64,000 bases of DNA from NCBI GenBank assembly GCA_950097015.1, contig CATNEN010000029.1, forward strand, positions 8,060,001 to 8,124,000. The letters are read 5' to 3'. Source of the DNA: Macrostomum hystrix (lineage: Eukaryota > Animalia > Platyhelminthes). The notes beneath the pieces were generated by a model that had not been told where the DNA came from, ran no database searches, and saw nothing but the letters and a program-made list of their open reading frames with translations. This document shows, one piece after another, positions 37,332 to 50,429 of the stretch; positions within the stretch are counted from its first letter, which is position 1, and each line of letters opens with the position of its first letter. The translations under genes were made by a program, and so were the position numbers.

Positions 37332-37625
37332 AGGGGTGAGTTCTGAGTAGGTCTAACGCGTTTTCCTCTCGCAACAATGTCCGTGAGATTGATTCCGCGG
37401 CGAGGCCACATTTATTTGGGGCGGAGAGAAGGCTTGGGGGACTTGTCATGCAATTTACACCCTTGAGACTGCCTGACGATGAGAAAAGTCAAACAGCAGT
37501 TGTACACACCTGTATGGGCGTGTGCCTGCGTACGGTATCCCCGTGCATATGTGCTCAGGAGTCAGTGAAATTGGCAGAATTGCTTCCTCGCTGACTGCGG
37601 TCTGGTGTCTTCAAATGATGTGCTA
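37332..37625 (+). mobile_element. tRNA-derived SINE, family 2
   Basis: Collinear similarity to 56982-57303 and 11395-11632. Confidence 0.7.
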
Positions 37626-37752
37626 TTGCCAATGATGTGTTATATGGGAAATTCAGTAACTTTCCTGGGCTGAGATTCGAACTCCAGATCTCTCAACAAG
37701 GAGGTTCTTTCACAATAACAAAGCAGCTCTCTGACTCCACCTGACTAGACGG

Positions 37753-38187
37753 TTAAGCTACTCTCTGGCCCTTGTAGACGAACACATTTTTTTGAGTCTC
37801 CCAGATTCGCAGCTTGCACAGGGAGCCGGGTGGCAGGTGTGGCTCAATGCTCTCCCAGGCATACACAGCCAGCATCTCGGTGGTGCTAACGCGGCCACCG
37901 TCCGAGAAATAAGGCACATCCTTGTCTAAGCAGCGGTGATCTACCTGGCTAAGCAGCTGTTCGTCAATGATTTTATTGAGGTCGGCAATGTTCATGACCA
38001 TGCCAGTATCCGGGTCAACTGGTCCGCGCACACTTACTTCGACTGTGTAATTATGACCATGGCCATTGGGCCAGTTGCACTTGCCAAATAGGGCGGCATT
38101 CTCCTCGGCAGTCAGGTGGGGCGAGTGCAATCGGTGAGCCGCAGAAAATGTGGCCACGCGTGTAACTGTAACTATGGGCCTGCCCGC
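37753..38187 (-). CDS. PTS: 6-pyruvoyl-tetrahydropterin synthase (no genomic ATG at the N-terminus)
   Basis: Motifs FSAAHRLHS, KCNWPNGHGHNY, GPVDPDTGMVMN, STTEMLAVY and RIWETQKN; exon begins after the TTCATTGCAG acceptor, in phase 0. Confidence 0.93.
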   Translation of the reverse strand, partial: AGRPIVTVTRVATFSAAHRLHSPHLTAEENAALFGKCNWPNGHGHNYTVEVSVRGPVDPDTGMVMNIADLNKIIDEQLLSQVDHRCLDKDVPYFSDGGRVSTTEMLAVYAWESIEPHLPPGSLCKLRIWETQKNVFVYKGQRVA

Positions 38188-41100
38188 CTGCAATGAATTA
38201 AGTTTAGTTGCTAGCTCAGTGCTCCTGTATGCCTTGAGACTATGAAAACCCTTGGAGACAAATTATGATTTATGAATATCATACTATAAGGAAAAATAAT
38301 AATTCTAAAAAGAATGGGACAATAGATTATATTTCACTAGATTACAGCCCAATGCTTTTGTTTGAAGCCATGAGTTTCAACATAAATATAGCATTAATAG
38401 GATTGAAGCAGAGATTAGTGACATAAGCGACTCTCACCTCCTTGCTATGTCTTCAGACTGCCCTGCAGCTAAGTCAAGTAAGTCAAAAGCATTGAAGCAG
38501 GATAGCAAGCTAGGTTATTTCTCTAGGTTAGCCATAAAATGTATGATAGCCACCTATCTGTTGTCCTAGATAAGTTTGCAGATTTAACCAATTTCTTTTC
38601 ACTAACAAGTGCTTTACAACTTTTGTTGGCCATTTTGATATGTAAACTTACATATATCTATAAGTATCTATAAGTATGTAAGTTTAATTAATAATAGTAA
38701 GACAAAACTCAATATTATTTGCGACGCGTTTCGGCTAAAACTAGCCATCTTCAGGCACTATCGAACAGAATTTATTTCAACCTATTAAATATTGTGTAGA
38801 CGACAAAATCAGGTATTGAAAAGATATAAGAGGACTAAAGGATCAATGTACAGTATAGCAATATTCATAATATTTTTTGTGGAATGACAGGACAGAGAAA
38901 CAGAGAGAGAGAGAGAGATTTTTAATTAATCAAACATTTGAGTTTGAATAATAATAGAAAATATGATCTTGTATCCTTAAATTAGAGACTTATTATGGTT
39001 ATAACTCAAGACTAAAATTGACAAAATTAGCAACAAGCATTTGAAAGCATAAGAGTGAGACAGTGATGAATTTAAATACAGAAACGGATCAATACATTAC
39101 TATAGGCCTATAAGAATAAGTTTTCAGCTGTGGACAGTGTGCATGTCAATCCTAAGGTGGCATAAACAGTCATGACAAATTTCAAATAAAATCTTTAAAT
39201 CCGATGGTGAAATAGCACTCCAGGTCTGGTTTTGCATATGGTTTGATGAATTTTCACTTTGCTGTTGACTTTGCTTTGTACCCATGCTTTAGAATACAAG
39301 GATTGTACTTCCCTCAGTCAAAGGTTTTTTGCTGCACAGATGCCCACTATTACAACAAAAAAGTGGCTCAGGGCCCAGCTGCAATGCCTATCCACCATCC
39401 TATGCCTGTGGCAACTTCACTTATCTGTGTTGAAAGCTACTGGCCTGAGCCTTTTCAAGACATCATGTTGCTTACTTTGCAGGGCCTAATGAGGCAGGGC
39501 CAAGCTTAGACCCTAAGATACATCAATTGTATCCTGTGTGATCATACATGCGCAACACCCGGCCAACCTGGCCGAACTGGCTGGGTGAAACGAGGGCCAA
39601 GCAAAGTAAGTCGCAAAAACCAATAGACCAAGTGCAAAAAAATCAAAGGGGGGACCAAGGGACAAAAAAGGAAGGCGTGAAGAACAGGAAAAAGGGGAGA
39701 GAAAAAGAGAGCAAATGAGAGCAAACTAAGTCGTAAATAGAGCAATGAAACAAACTAAGTTGCAAATGAGAGCAAAAACTAAGTCGCATGGCTGGCTAAG
39801 ATTTGGGAGATTGCGCATGTATGTGTGTGATGCCAAAGTGCCTGGCACCACCAATGGACTAGTTTGTCTGATTACTAGCCCACACTTTTGACGATGAACT
39901 CTGTGACTAGCAAGCCATGTAGCTTGTTCTTGTTGTTGTTAAGATTGTACTTGCCTTTATGTGTAGTACATGATGAAGTTGTTGCATCCTGACCTAGTGA
40001 GTGCATCTTTTGCTATGCACACTATACACCATGACAAAAAAGTGCCCCACAAACTGTCTACAAAATTTTTACCTATTCCAATATAGGGGATTTTTAGCCA
40101 TATTGCCATGGGCCCATGGCTATGGTATGTGTCATAGCCAGTGCTGAACTCTTCCAGTCAGTCTATTTAAATAAAGTTTTATCTTACAAATTTTCATTTA
40201 AAACATTTGCTCTGACTATTTGTTTCGGACTAAAAGTAAAATTTGAGAGTACCCCAATGGCAATGGAAATATTACTATTAGGAATCAGACACTGCAAAAC
40301 TACTATGAAAATGATAGTGAATGATAGCACTAAAAGGATTCTTGCCATTGAGCTTTTTGGTTTTGTCATTATTTTCATAGAAATAATTAGTTTACAAAAT
40401 AATTTAATGTCCATAAAATCTGGTAATATTACACAAATAGCTTTACCCTAATTAAAAAACTAGGTCTAGGAGGAAACTTGTACTGTACAAACTTGGCCCT
40501 ACTTTATATAGATATAGGCCTAGCCACTTTCAATAAGGTACAGGTAGGCCTAGCTAAGCTACAACATAAGGTAAATCGACATGCAGGTGAATTTTAAAGT
40601 TGATTCTAAACCTAAAATGGCAAGCTAGCTGTTTTATAGGATAAAATTTCAAGAGGCCTGAAAAAACAACTACATCTTACAATATAAAACATACACAGCT
40701 TAATTGTTGAGGCTTAGGGGGGGCCTAGCCTATACTTGAGTTAAGAACTACAACCTGAGAATCGAATGCTCGTAACGTAGGTAGAAAACTAATATAATAT
40801 AAAAGACAAAAGTGCGGTCGAAATGTATTGATTGTTTAGTTAGGCCTAGGGCCTAGGCCTAGTTGAATTTAAATTCAGTAATGGAAGTAATTACTCTAAA
40901 CTTTTATCAGTATTTTTTATTAATCGCAGACAAACACTACCGTACAATACAAGTACTTACAAAAAAGTATATAAAAGTTATAAAAAATATTAAAAGTTAC
41001 CCATCTGTCCTATATGGAAATATAGATGTAGTGGGCCAAAGTTAAGCAATTACGAATGCTGCCAAATTTGTGTCCGACAGAAAATAACGTGCGTGCGAAA

Positions 41101-42984
41101 ACTTCCGAAAAAGTTATTCGAATTAAAGTTTTAAATAAAATTTTACGTTTTATTTTTTAAGCAGAAACTAGGTATATAGCTAAATGAAAATTAACTTAAA
41201 ATGTTTATAGTTAAAACGTAGCTAAAGAAAAAAACTTTTTTACTTTTGCATAAAATAAATGGGCAGAATTTTGAATTTTTGGACAACGAACAGCGTGGTG
41301 AGCGTGTTAGACTTGAAGCGTTAGACCTGAGAGACCTTTTCTAAGGTCTAAAGCGTTAGACCTTTAGACCTGAGAGACCTTTTCACTCGTAATCATGAGC
41401 TAGAAATGCGGTTTTTCAAAGTTAGCTATTAGCTGTAGTTTTAAATTTGTTTTCATCAATCTTAAGTTAGCACTATAGCTTAAATAAAAGCCATTACTTT
41501 CATAGTAATGCCATTCATATTTAGAATTCAAATGCACACGGCTTTGTCAGTGTGTTTATTGTTTAGTTTTAAGCCTTATGGTATATAGCCTTTTTATTAG
41601 TGGCAATAGCTGCCAGCAGTAGTGGCTACAGGCTACAGCGAGTAAGAATGGTTCTAGAAATAGATCAGTTTTAAGTTAATTATATTTGTTTAGGAGTAGG
41701 CCTAGGGCCTATGTTGTAATGTTTTAGATAGTCTTAACTTAAGTCTTTAATTTGTTTTTAATCTCTATGATAGAAACTAAATTAATTGTTCCTCTCTATA
41801 AAAAAGCAAAAATAGTAAGCAGATGCATTAGGCCTAGTTCTATAGTGCATTTAGCCCAGTTAGTCAATATTGTTTTTATTGTACATTATCATGGATAGGT
41901 GAGAAATTAAAAATAAAAAATCCATATTTTTGGTTTATTGTGTTACAGATCTTGCTTGTCTGAGTTAAAAGACACCTCACTCATCAAAATTGGTCAAGTA
42001 ATTCAAAAGTTATAACAATTTTGATCAACATTTTAGTTGTTTTCGTAATGTATTTTTCTCATGAGGGGCTGTGATCCAGATGACTGGATAGATTTGACTT
42101 GGAAAACAAAAAATTGCAATAATTTTTTATATTTAATGTTCTTTTTTTATCCCAAAAGCATATAGTTCATTTGTTTGTTATCTACATTATGTAATATATA
42201 TATATATTCTATTAACACTCAGTATTAAAGTACTAAATATTAAATTTTCAATTTTACATTGAATAGGATTACTATGCTGACAAGATGTGTTTATTTGTTT
42301 ACAATGTAAAACTCTTTTGGCTTTAAAGAAGTGGCAAAGCCATACCTATTCCATAGCTTAACAAATAACATATACATTAATTTACAATTTACAGTCAATT
42401 GCAAAAGCCATTTGAAATGCGTAAAGGGGGTACATTAGAGAAACATGTTTCCAGGAGACTCCGCTAAAGGAAAATAAAAAGGTTTAAGTAAATCATATTC
42501 AACATAAAATTCAACGTAAAATTTTAATGGGATACACTTGTAAAACACTATAAACAATGATTGAAGAAAGAAAACAAAAATTTCAACCAAAAATTCCCAA
42601 AGTAAAAAAATGTCTTTTACTAAAAAAGAATTGTTAATATAGATTTTTATATCCTCTTTCTTAATTTTGAACTTGTTTATTTTAGTATCAATGCATTAGT
42701 AAATTTTTTTAGTTCTACGTAAGGTACAGATTTTTCTAAATTTCAATCACACAGTGAATACTTAAAAAATATCAAATTTTGGCACCATATAACTTTTGCA
42801 CTAATTGAAGCAAATAAACACTTGTTGTAAGTAAATTTTTTCTTTTTTTATTAGTAGTAGGCTTCATTTTCTTAACATAAAATATATGTTCTTTTTTTCA
42901 TCACAACATAGCATTGTTTTTTATATTTTTTTCATTTTTCTGTTTTTTTGTTGCTCTTCTGCACCAACAGTGGGGAAGAAAGCT

Positions 42985-44130
42985 GCCCTTCTAGTGTCCC
43001 TGAGGTACCAGGTCAGCAGCAGGATGCTCTTGGGCCTGCAGATGGCAGTGTTGGGTTTCATCCAAGATTTTTTATCAATTACCATGCCCTCCCAAAGACT
43101 AAGCATTGACAGATCAAGTGTTCCACATTTTTGCCGGTAGACTGGCAGAATGGATGCAGCTCCTCTGGTACCTGGTCCTTGAGGAAATTGTGACATAAAA
43201 AGCATCCATGCCCAGAACAGGCCATACTGACCACTCTGATGTCTTGGCAATTAAGCTTTAAAAAGGCTTTATGCAGGCTGTGCAAGTGAGAGGTGACCTC
43301 GGCTCTAGACTAGCAACAGTTCTGAGTATTAGACCACCTTTGCTGGTGTTTGGATTGGATATATCCATATCCAGCACTCTAGTCTGGTGCAGATGACAAA
43401 GGATTGGATCAGGTCCCCTGGTCCTTGTCCTATCCAGGAGCCAGCTGCTCCAGCTCTCACAAGCTGTTCCGCCTTCTGGTATCCTGGGAAGCCTGTGTGG
43501 CAAGGAATCCACTTCAACACCACCAGGTTAGACTGTGCTTGCCCATTGAGCTGAAGGTTGCAGTCTAGGATGGTTTTGGAGTTGGTAGTTGTATTGTCGA
43601 GGCCCTGAGGGCAGCCTGGTTGTAGGAGTGAAAATCATCTTCCATCCAGTAATGCCTCCCTGACCCATCATCGCCGCGATGGTACAGATGGCGAGCATCT
43701 CATTCTGAAAAACACCGAATTTGTGCCCAGTGTGCTGATATTGAGACGAAAAGACCTCACCACCATTGTAGAAGAGGTTCCAAATCCTGAGATGCCATTC
43801 AGCATGAAGCCGTCTGTAAAACAGTCGATCTCAGCAATGCTCCAACTGTCGTTAGCCTCACTGCGATGTGGAAGTCGTACCCGTGGCTCAAACGCAGAGT
43901 GGTTGGTATGGCATCAGAGAGGATGTTTTAAAGCCCTTTGCACTCCCTCAGAGTCTTCACCTTTGACAAAGATGTCCTTTGGAATTGCCCCAAGGAAGGC
44001 GTTCATGCCATCAAATGAGGTGCATGATGAGGCGCCATACAGCACCATACGGCAGCACCATATGTAGAGAGCCGTCAGGTTGCCCTGGATGCTCGTTGTG
44101 CCAGGCTCGCGTATGTGATTGACGGTCTGA
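42985..44130 (-). mobile_element. Degraded non-LTR retrotransposon (RNase H plus C-terminal CCHC region)
   Basis: Frameshifted motifs DCFTDGF, VFQNEMLAI, KWIPCHTGFPGYQKAEQLVRAGA and GHG...PFCQSTGKNVEHLICQC. Confidence 0.75.
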
Positions 44131-44289
44131 TGAATGACGATTGTCGCTTAGATCAATCAAAGCCTCTGGGGGGTCACTAGTCCCCATGAACCAGACAGCC
44201 TCCAGTAGGGTGGTCTTGCTCTGGGGAGACTAATTGGTTTGGCATGCAGCATGCCCCTCCACACTAGCAGCGGGGAAGTAGTCAGAATG

Positions 44290-44450
44290 TCTGGTGTCCT
44301 TGAGGTATTGGGCGAGCAACTGTATGCTCTTGGGCCTGTAAACGTTAGAGAGCATTGGGTTTGGCCCATGATGTTCTAGCCATGCCCTAGTGACGACTGG
44401 ATTTGTAGATAAAGTGTTCCTTATTTTCAGTTGCAGACTGTTCTTTACAC
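44290..44450 (-). mobile_element. Second LINE 3'-end remnant
   Basis: CKE...ENKEHFI and RPKSIQLLAQYLKDT; nucleotide similarity to 49400-49500. Confidence 0.45.
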
Positions 44451-44507
44451 TATTTACAGCAAAATAAGTCGTTGGAGCCAAAACTACAGTCCCACCAGCA
44501 GTTTGTG

Positions 44508-44670
44508 GGGCGGATAGCTCAGTCAGTAAGGTGTCGGACTCTGGATCAGATGGTCCTGGGTTCGACTCCCGACCTAATCTATAACTATTCGTGCAGCCTT
44601 TGGCAAGCTGCTTTGCCCTGATGTGCACACAGTCTACTCAGCTGCAAATGAGTACCGACATTTCGTCGGG
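44508..44670 (+). mobile_element. tRNA-derived SINE with CORE-like segment
   Basis: GATAGCTCAGTCAGTAAGG A-box, GGGTTCGACTCCC B-box, then GGCAAG...CAGTCTACTCAGCTGCAAATGAGTACC. Confidence 0.65.
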
Positions 44671-45216
44671 TAATAATAATTCCGGCTGGCGTGGAATAAA
44701 GCAATTCTGTGGGGTTTGGATGCTGCCGATATGTTTGGAAAAATAAATTCCATTGCTGACACGCGGCTGTCAACCGGTGTCCGAGAGAGCCGGGGAGTAC
44801 AATAGGTGTGCAGTCCCCTCCTGCTAGTGTGCCTGACACAACACCTGCACTGGCCCTTGGGTCTAGTGTCAATTATTATTATTTACCAGCACTTTGTAAT
44901 AAAAATTCAAATGACGAGAAAAAACTTCTTTGACCTTTTATTTTCATTCTGATAGATTTAAATGACATTCAGCATTAAAGTTTTAGTTTACAAAAGCAAG
45001 GTGCGGTTTAGGTTGATACTTTTTTGCTAGAAAAAAAATAGAACATTTACAGAAACACATGGTTAGTTATAAATACAATGTTATAAAATGGTAGCTAAAA
45101 TGTGGTACTCGTAAATATAAAATTTAAAACTGATTTACATGCACTTTTGTGTTCTATAACCATAAGACACAGCCAACTTGTAGATTGCCGATTGGTTTAC
45201 TCAGAACTTAGTTGTG

Positions 45217-46170
45217 TCATAGTTGGACGCTAGGTCGTCTTCTTGCAGTTCTTCTACTGGGATAATCCAATGATCTTCTTTGTTTCGCACGGTATTCATT
45301 GATTCTGAAATATTTTTTGACAAGGTGTTACAGTGTATACATGGGCGCTTACATTCGTGAATGCGTTTTTATCGAAAAGCTAGAGCACCGACCTGTTGTA
45401 CTTTTTGCCGGCTCCTCAGTGTGATGACACTGTCTTTCGCCCATTTCCCCATTAATCCCGTCAAAGCAGGGATTTGTGTAGGGATTCGGTTCTCGAACAG
45501 TCTGAAATCGTGGGTAATTTTTTAGTTAATGCGCACAGACCTAGCCTGTAGTGTTTTTTAGAAACTGCATTGATTAGTTGTTTTGTAATTACTGTTGATT
45601 TATTGATTTAATCTAGAGTACGTTGCTTACTGATACAGAAAGTCAGGAAACTCTCAAGCACCATTATTTAAATTTCAGTTTTTCTTTTAGTTTAATCCCT
45701 AAAAACGAGCGCTAATCTCGAGACTACACATCAATTTTGGGATGTAAAGTACAGTTTCTGGCATTCGCTTTTCTCACCGATGGCCCAGCTTTGCTTGAAG
45801 TAGATTGTCGAGTTCGCTGCCGTCTAGCCCTGGCCAGACAGACTGCAGCCAAAGCTATGGCAATGAGCAGCAATCCGATTATAACGCCCCCTATGATTGC
45901 ATCCTGATCTAATTTGTTGGCCGGGTTGTGAGTGACATTTGGTGTCACTGTGGCTAGGCTGGATGGCATTCCAATGCTAGTATTAGTTGTTGTCACTGTG
46001 GTTAGGCTTGACGAAATTCCGATGCTTGAATTAGTTGGTATCACTGTGGGTAGGCTGGACGAAACTCCAATGCTATTAGTAATGATAGTCGTTTGTTCGT
46101 CAATTGCTGTAGTGCCATTGCTTGTTGATATGCCATCAAGTGCTGTGGTTTGTAGGGTCATGCTGGTCAT
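45217..46170 (-). CDS. Mucin-like S/T-rich single-pass membrane protein
   Basis: Proposed exons 46170-45778, 45501-45353 and 45304-45217, GT-AG and phase-consistent. N-glycosylation sequons; TM AIIGGVIIGLLLIAIALAAVCL followed by ARARRQR. Confidence 0.6.
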
Positions 46171-47574
46171 TGCTGCGAGCTGCTTTTATAAGAGCGGTTA
46201 ATTTCAATAATTAGTTTATTTTTTAGCTTTCCTAGACAAAAAATTCACTGCAATGATTGCTTTCGTTATTTTCGTCTCTATACTTAAACACAGAAAGGTG
46301 TAAAGTATGTTCCCAACGCGTGGTAATAGAGGTTGCTTATGTTTTACTCTTCGCACTTGTGGGTCTCTCTTTTCTTAATATTATTGCGACTCGATCGTGT
46401 TTTCAGCTATTTATGTAGTGCGAACGACCGGCTGAATTGCCAGCTCTGGTACTCGCTAATTTCGACAAGAAATAATTCAGCAAGGATTTGATACATCCAG
46501 AGCGCAGACAGGTGGTTAACGATTGGCTAGGTTAGAAAAGAAAAATCTTCGCAAAAGTAGAAATAAGTTGGCCGTAAAAAGATTTGGTCCCTTATTCTGC
46601 TTTCTATCTAACCATTTGGCTATGTAAAGGTATCGTATTTCAGCTTTCACTTCGCTGGTGCTAAGTAGGTGACTCGATTATATGCGTCTTCGTGTACAGT
46701 ATTTCACCCACAGTCGTTCGGTACTAACTCTGCAAATATAGCAAAAACCATATTGCTACATATCCGAATTGTTTTGTATTAGGCGTCAACTAATTCTTCT
46801 GCGCAATTGTTCCTCAGCTTACAGCTTACTTAATTACATAGTTAATATCCTTATGAATAATGTGTTGCAACTAATTGCTCTTTGGTTACCTCAAAGTGGG
46901 CCTGAATTTACACTAGGTGCCCTAGGAATCCTCAGCTTGGCCCTGCCAGTTGCCTATTAAATAATTTACTTAGAATTGTCGTCTATGGCAAAACCGGCTT
47001 AGAATCATTAGCTGTGACCACAGATTATATATACAATACTTTGTAGATGGTTCACTTCCATTAGCCAATATGGATCGCTTTTTTCATTGTCTATAGTTGG
47101 AATCAAAAGAGGGTAGAAAGCCAAAGATCGATGTATTTTTACTAATAAGCTCTCTCTGTGGGTCTTTGTTACTCTCTGGGTTAGTGTTCATGGAATCTTC
47201 TAAAGCTTTCTACTGTGCTTCTCGTACACAGAGAATCTTTACTGTGCGAAGGACATCATAACTTCCAAGCGCTGCTGCGCGCATGTTGCGAGATTTCCAA
47301 CTCACCAGCCACAGAGCACGCCCCAGCTATTCACCTTCACTGCTTCAATCATATTATACCATACTTTTGTAACTGCTTCATCTTGACTTGGAAAGCGGTG
47401 AAGGACGGGCCAAGTCATGTAATGACTTATTTGGCCGGCCCAAGTGGGGGATACATTTATTTTTTTTATCCCAGATTTATATATAATGTGGCATTAAATA
47501 TCTATACATAGGCTCTATGCATACATACTATGGCATAAGAAAAATGAAAATGATGCAAGAAGCCCAATCTAGCG

Positions 47575-47750
47575 CTTTAAAAGGCTGTGTACAGCTGTTT
47601 AGTCTGTGGACTAAGGAGGCCGCACCGTACCCATTTTACATCTAGATGAACTAAAAAAAGCAGAAATAAAGTGTCTTGCTTAACTTCTACTCGTAACTTC
47701 AGTGATTTAAACTCCCGAACTCTCGATCAGAAGTCCGACGCTCTAATTGT
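47575..47750 (-). mobile_element. tRNA-derived SINE, family 1 (diverged)
   Basis: AAGTGTCTTGC and AGTCCGACGCTCTAA shared with 390-617. Confidence 0.6.
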
Positions 47751-48075
47751 AATCTCCAGACCGCGGGTCTGATGCAGCCCTCGAGTCTCTAAAATCTGGC
47801 CCCTCCAAGTACTTACTCTAACCTGTTTCATCTCTCACCGGTCCCCTCTCCAGAATCAACGCAGTCCGCTATCTTCTTTTGGGCCCGCGGGGCTATCAAA
47901 GGTTGCCCAACCGTGCTCTAACCCTTCACTGGGGTACAAGTGCTTGGGAGACTTTCATGAAGAAGCTAAAACCTGATTTTTTCGGCAATTTCAGCTAAAA
48001 AAACCACTAATAACCAATAACCAATCGACTGGGTAAAATAAATCTAGCAAATCGTGTTGCCTGCGCGCCCTGTGG

Positions 48076-48708
48076 ATGGGCCGTAAGCGCCGTCGGCACG
48101 AGCCGCCCCAACTGGTATTTTTGAATAGTCCGTACACGAAGCGCGCTCCACCTAGTCCTGTTCTAGCGACTGATCGTCAGCCGTCAGTTGCCAGGAGGGA
48201 ACAACCAGACAGCGGATGGATTAAGCATGACTTCGGCCTGGCAGAAGGTGGCCAGCCGTCTTCTGTTTTAAACGGAACCGGTGGCGGTCGGCGTCGCAAG
48301 CAACAGGCTCAGTTGCAGCTTTTGCAACAGGAGCCTAAAATACAGACCAGCCGCTTGAGCGCTGCTAATTCTACTACTGCCAGTAGTAAAACTTTTGTCA
48401 ATACTGACGCCAGCAACACTACTGCTTCTGCTTCCAGATCTATTCGAAAACCTGTTGCTAACTCGCCCGCATGCCCCTCTGCAGCGTGCTCAAGGGCGCT
48501 CGCAGAATTGCCACCGTCGTATGTTGGTCCTTCTTGTTCGTCGTCTTCGCCGCCAACTAGCGGCAGCGCAGCCGCCGGAGCCAGACGAATAGTTAAAGCG
48601 CTTCGTCTGCTTCCGCCGCGTTCGCCCCCACCCTACCGGCCTGGTCGATTATTAGTACCGTCGTCCCCCACGCCTTCGCCGCCACCGTCACCTTCATTGC
48701 TCGCTTAA
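48076..48708 (+). CDS. Disordered basic/Pro-Ser-rich protein, possibly RHNO1 (RHINO)-like
   Basis: ATG-started 210-aa ORF in GC-rich sequence. MGRKRRR...LVFLNSP and GWIKHDF loosely resemble the RHINO MPPRKKRR...LLF and SWVxPDF motifs. Confidence 0.5.
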   Translation: MGRKRRRHEPPQLVFLNSPYTKRAPPSPVLATDRQPSVARREQPDSGWIKHDFGLAEGGQPSSVLNGTGGGRRRKQQAQLQLLQQEPKIQTSRLSAANSTTASSKTFVNTDASNTTASASRSIRKPVANSPACPSAACSRALAELPPSYVGPSCSSSSPPTSGSAAAGARRIVKALRLLPPRSPPPYRPGRLLVPSSPTPSPPPSPSLLA

Positions 48709-49399
48709 TAATGAATTCATTGTGGAAAATGTAGCTACTTTGTGTAGTTTTTAACTGTACTGACTGTACGTTGCTAAACAGTTACAATAGGGGTTCATTT
48801 TAACTTTCTCGATATTTCTCTCTAATATGCTATTTTACGCTCGTATTTACTAGAATTTCTTCTTATATTTATGACAGAATTAGTTCATTTTTAAGATTAC
48901 TTATGAATTTATTTTTTTGCGACGTATAAGCAGTTTTTAATGCAATTTATTCCAGACGATGGAAGCAAAGGTAATTATTTTGCATTTAAATGCATACTTA
49001 AGTTTTTTTCTGGACGCTTTTGCTGTCTTAATTTTACAGTCTGACCCTTCTAAAGCAATACGCTTCTTCTATGGATCCAAATGTACGCGTATGTCAATGA
49101 TAGTATCTTTTTTATTATTGGTACACCTTGTCCTTTACTGAACCTTATATTTTTTACAAACTTGAACGACATATATAAGTAATTTCTTATTTAAAATTTG
49201 TTTTCTTGCCAAAGCACCCTAACCAATGCAAGCGAAAAAATCGCTATTTTGTGTGTCTTTATTACAGTTTGAGTTTTCAATATCACTCATATTTCCTTCC
49301 TAGCATTCTTTTTCAAATAAGGACCAAATGAGTTCTTTTTTATTAAATGATGGAAATTCCTGCTTCTTGTTTATCTTTGTTCATTGCTGTTGGAATTGC

Positions 49400-49500
49400 C
49401 TTAAGATGTTCTAGCCTTATCCTCCTAAAGACTGAGCAGTGGCGGATAAAGTGTTCCTTATCTTCCCTGGCGGACTTCCTAAAGAGACTCATCTCGTCTG
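49400..49500 (-). mobile_element. LINE 3'-end remnant
   Basis: EDKEHFIRHCSVFRRIRLEHL, a CCHC-region motif; DNA similar to 44370-44440. Confidence 0.4.
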
Positions 49501-50429
49501 GTACCTGGCTTAATAGATTGCGGTGACGGGAGAAAAAGCCTGGCCCTTATATAATGCTTTCTCTCATGCTGACTCGCAACTATTACAGACATTATTATAA
49601 TTACTATACTACTATAAAACAAGACATTTTAACTTTTCAATTAAGTAGCTGTTAGTATAATCGACTAGCTTTTTAGCCCCCTTTATAACTTCGAGACCCA
49701 CAATGTACTCCCAAAATGCCTAGTGAACGATCGACTATCCTAGTTCATCTCCTAGCTGGATCTAGGTGACAACGAGTCTCTTTGACGGCAAAACCTGTTT
49801 CGTGATGCTAAAAGTTTTGTGGCTTTGTGTGAAATGCTTTGTATTCTAGTACATTGTTACAATGTTCATTTGCGTACGTTATCATCATTTTTTACTACTT
49901 GATACTGTGTTATCAGTCGCCAAGAGGCATTTTCAAATTATGTGTTAACATTTTCTGTTTCGCATATACAGAAAGTGTTTAAGACTCACTAAAGACAGGC
50001 TTGCAAATAAAATACATGTTCGACTTCAGTTTCAATCATTACTATTTTCGTTGACGAAAAAATCTTTACATTTTTGACAACATATTGTCGATTATTAATA
50101 TGTGAAAGTAGGTTGTTACTTTTTTATACGAACAAGAAATACATGTCATGTGCCAAGTTTCTTTTTTTAATATCCTTTCCTTTCGTTTGTTTATTGTATT
50201 TCAGTATGCGCATATTCATTTTTATTACTTCAATTTGTTCTGTAAGTAGTGTCATGAGTAGATTAAATTTGGTTTTTCTAGATTTATCATATTATTACTA
50301 CAAGTTAGTTTTTTTAATAATATCGTTAGTTAATTTTAGCTTTAATATTTTATTTGTTAGGTTTTTATTGCAATTTCAGGCCACCGTTTTGGTAACCAAA
50401 TACGCTTCGCGGCGCTCGTAACAATAACA

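Noticed and set aside
39240-39750. Possible BEL/Pao integrase tail (KIHQLYPV) followed by a purine-rich tract
   Set aside because: A single short motif among stops; insufficient without a profile search
41295-41390. Duplicated TTAGACCTGAGAGACCTTTTC with a small palindrome
   Set aside because: Could be a transposon end, but no matching second terminus was found in the window
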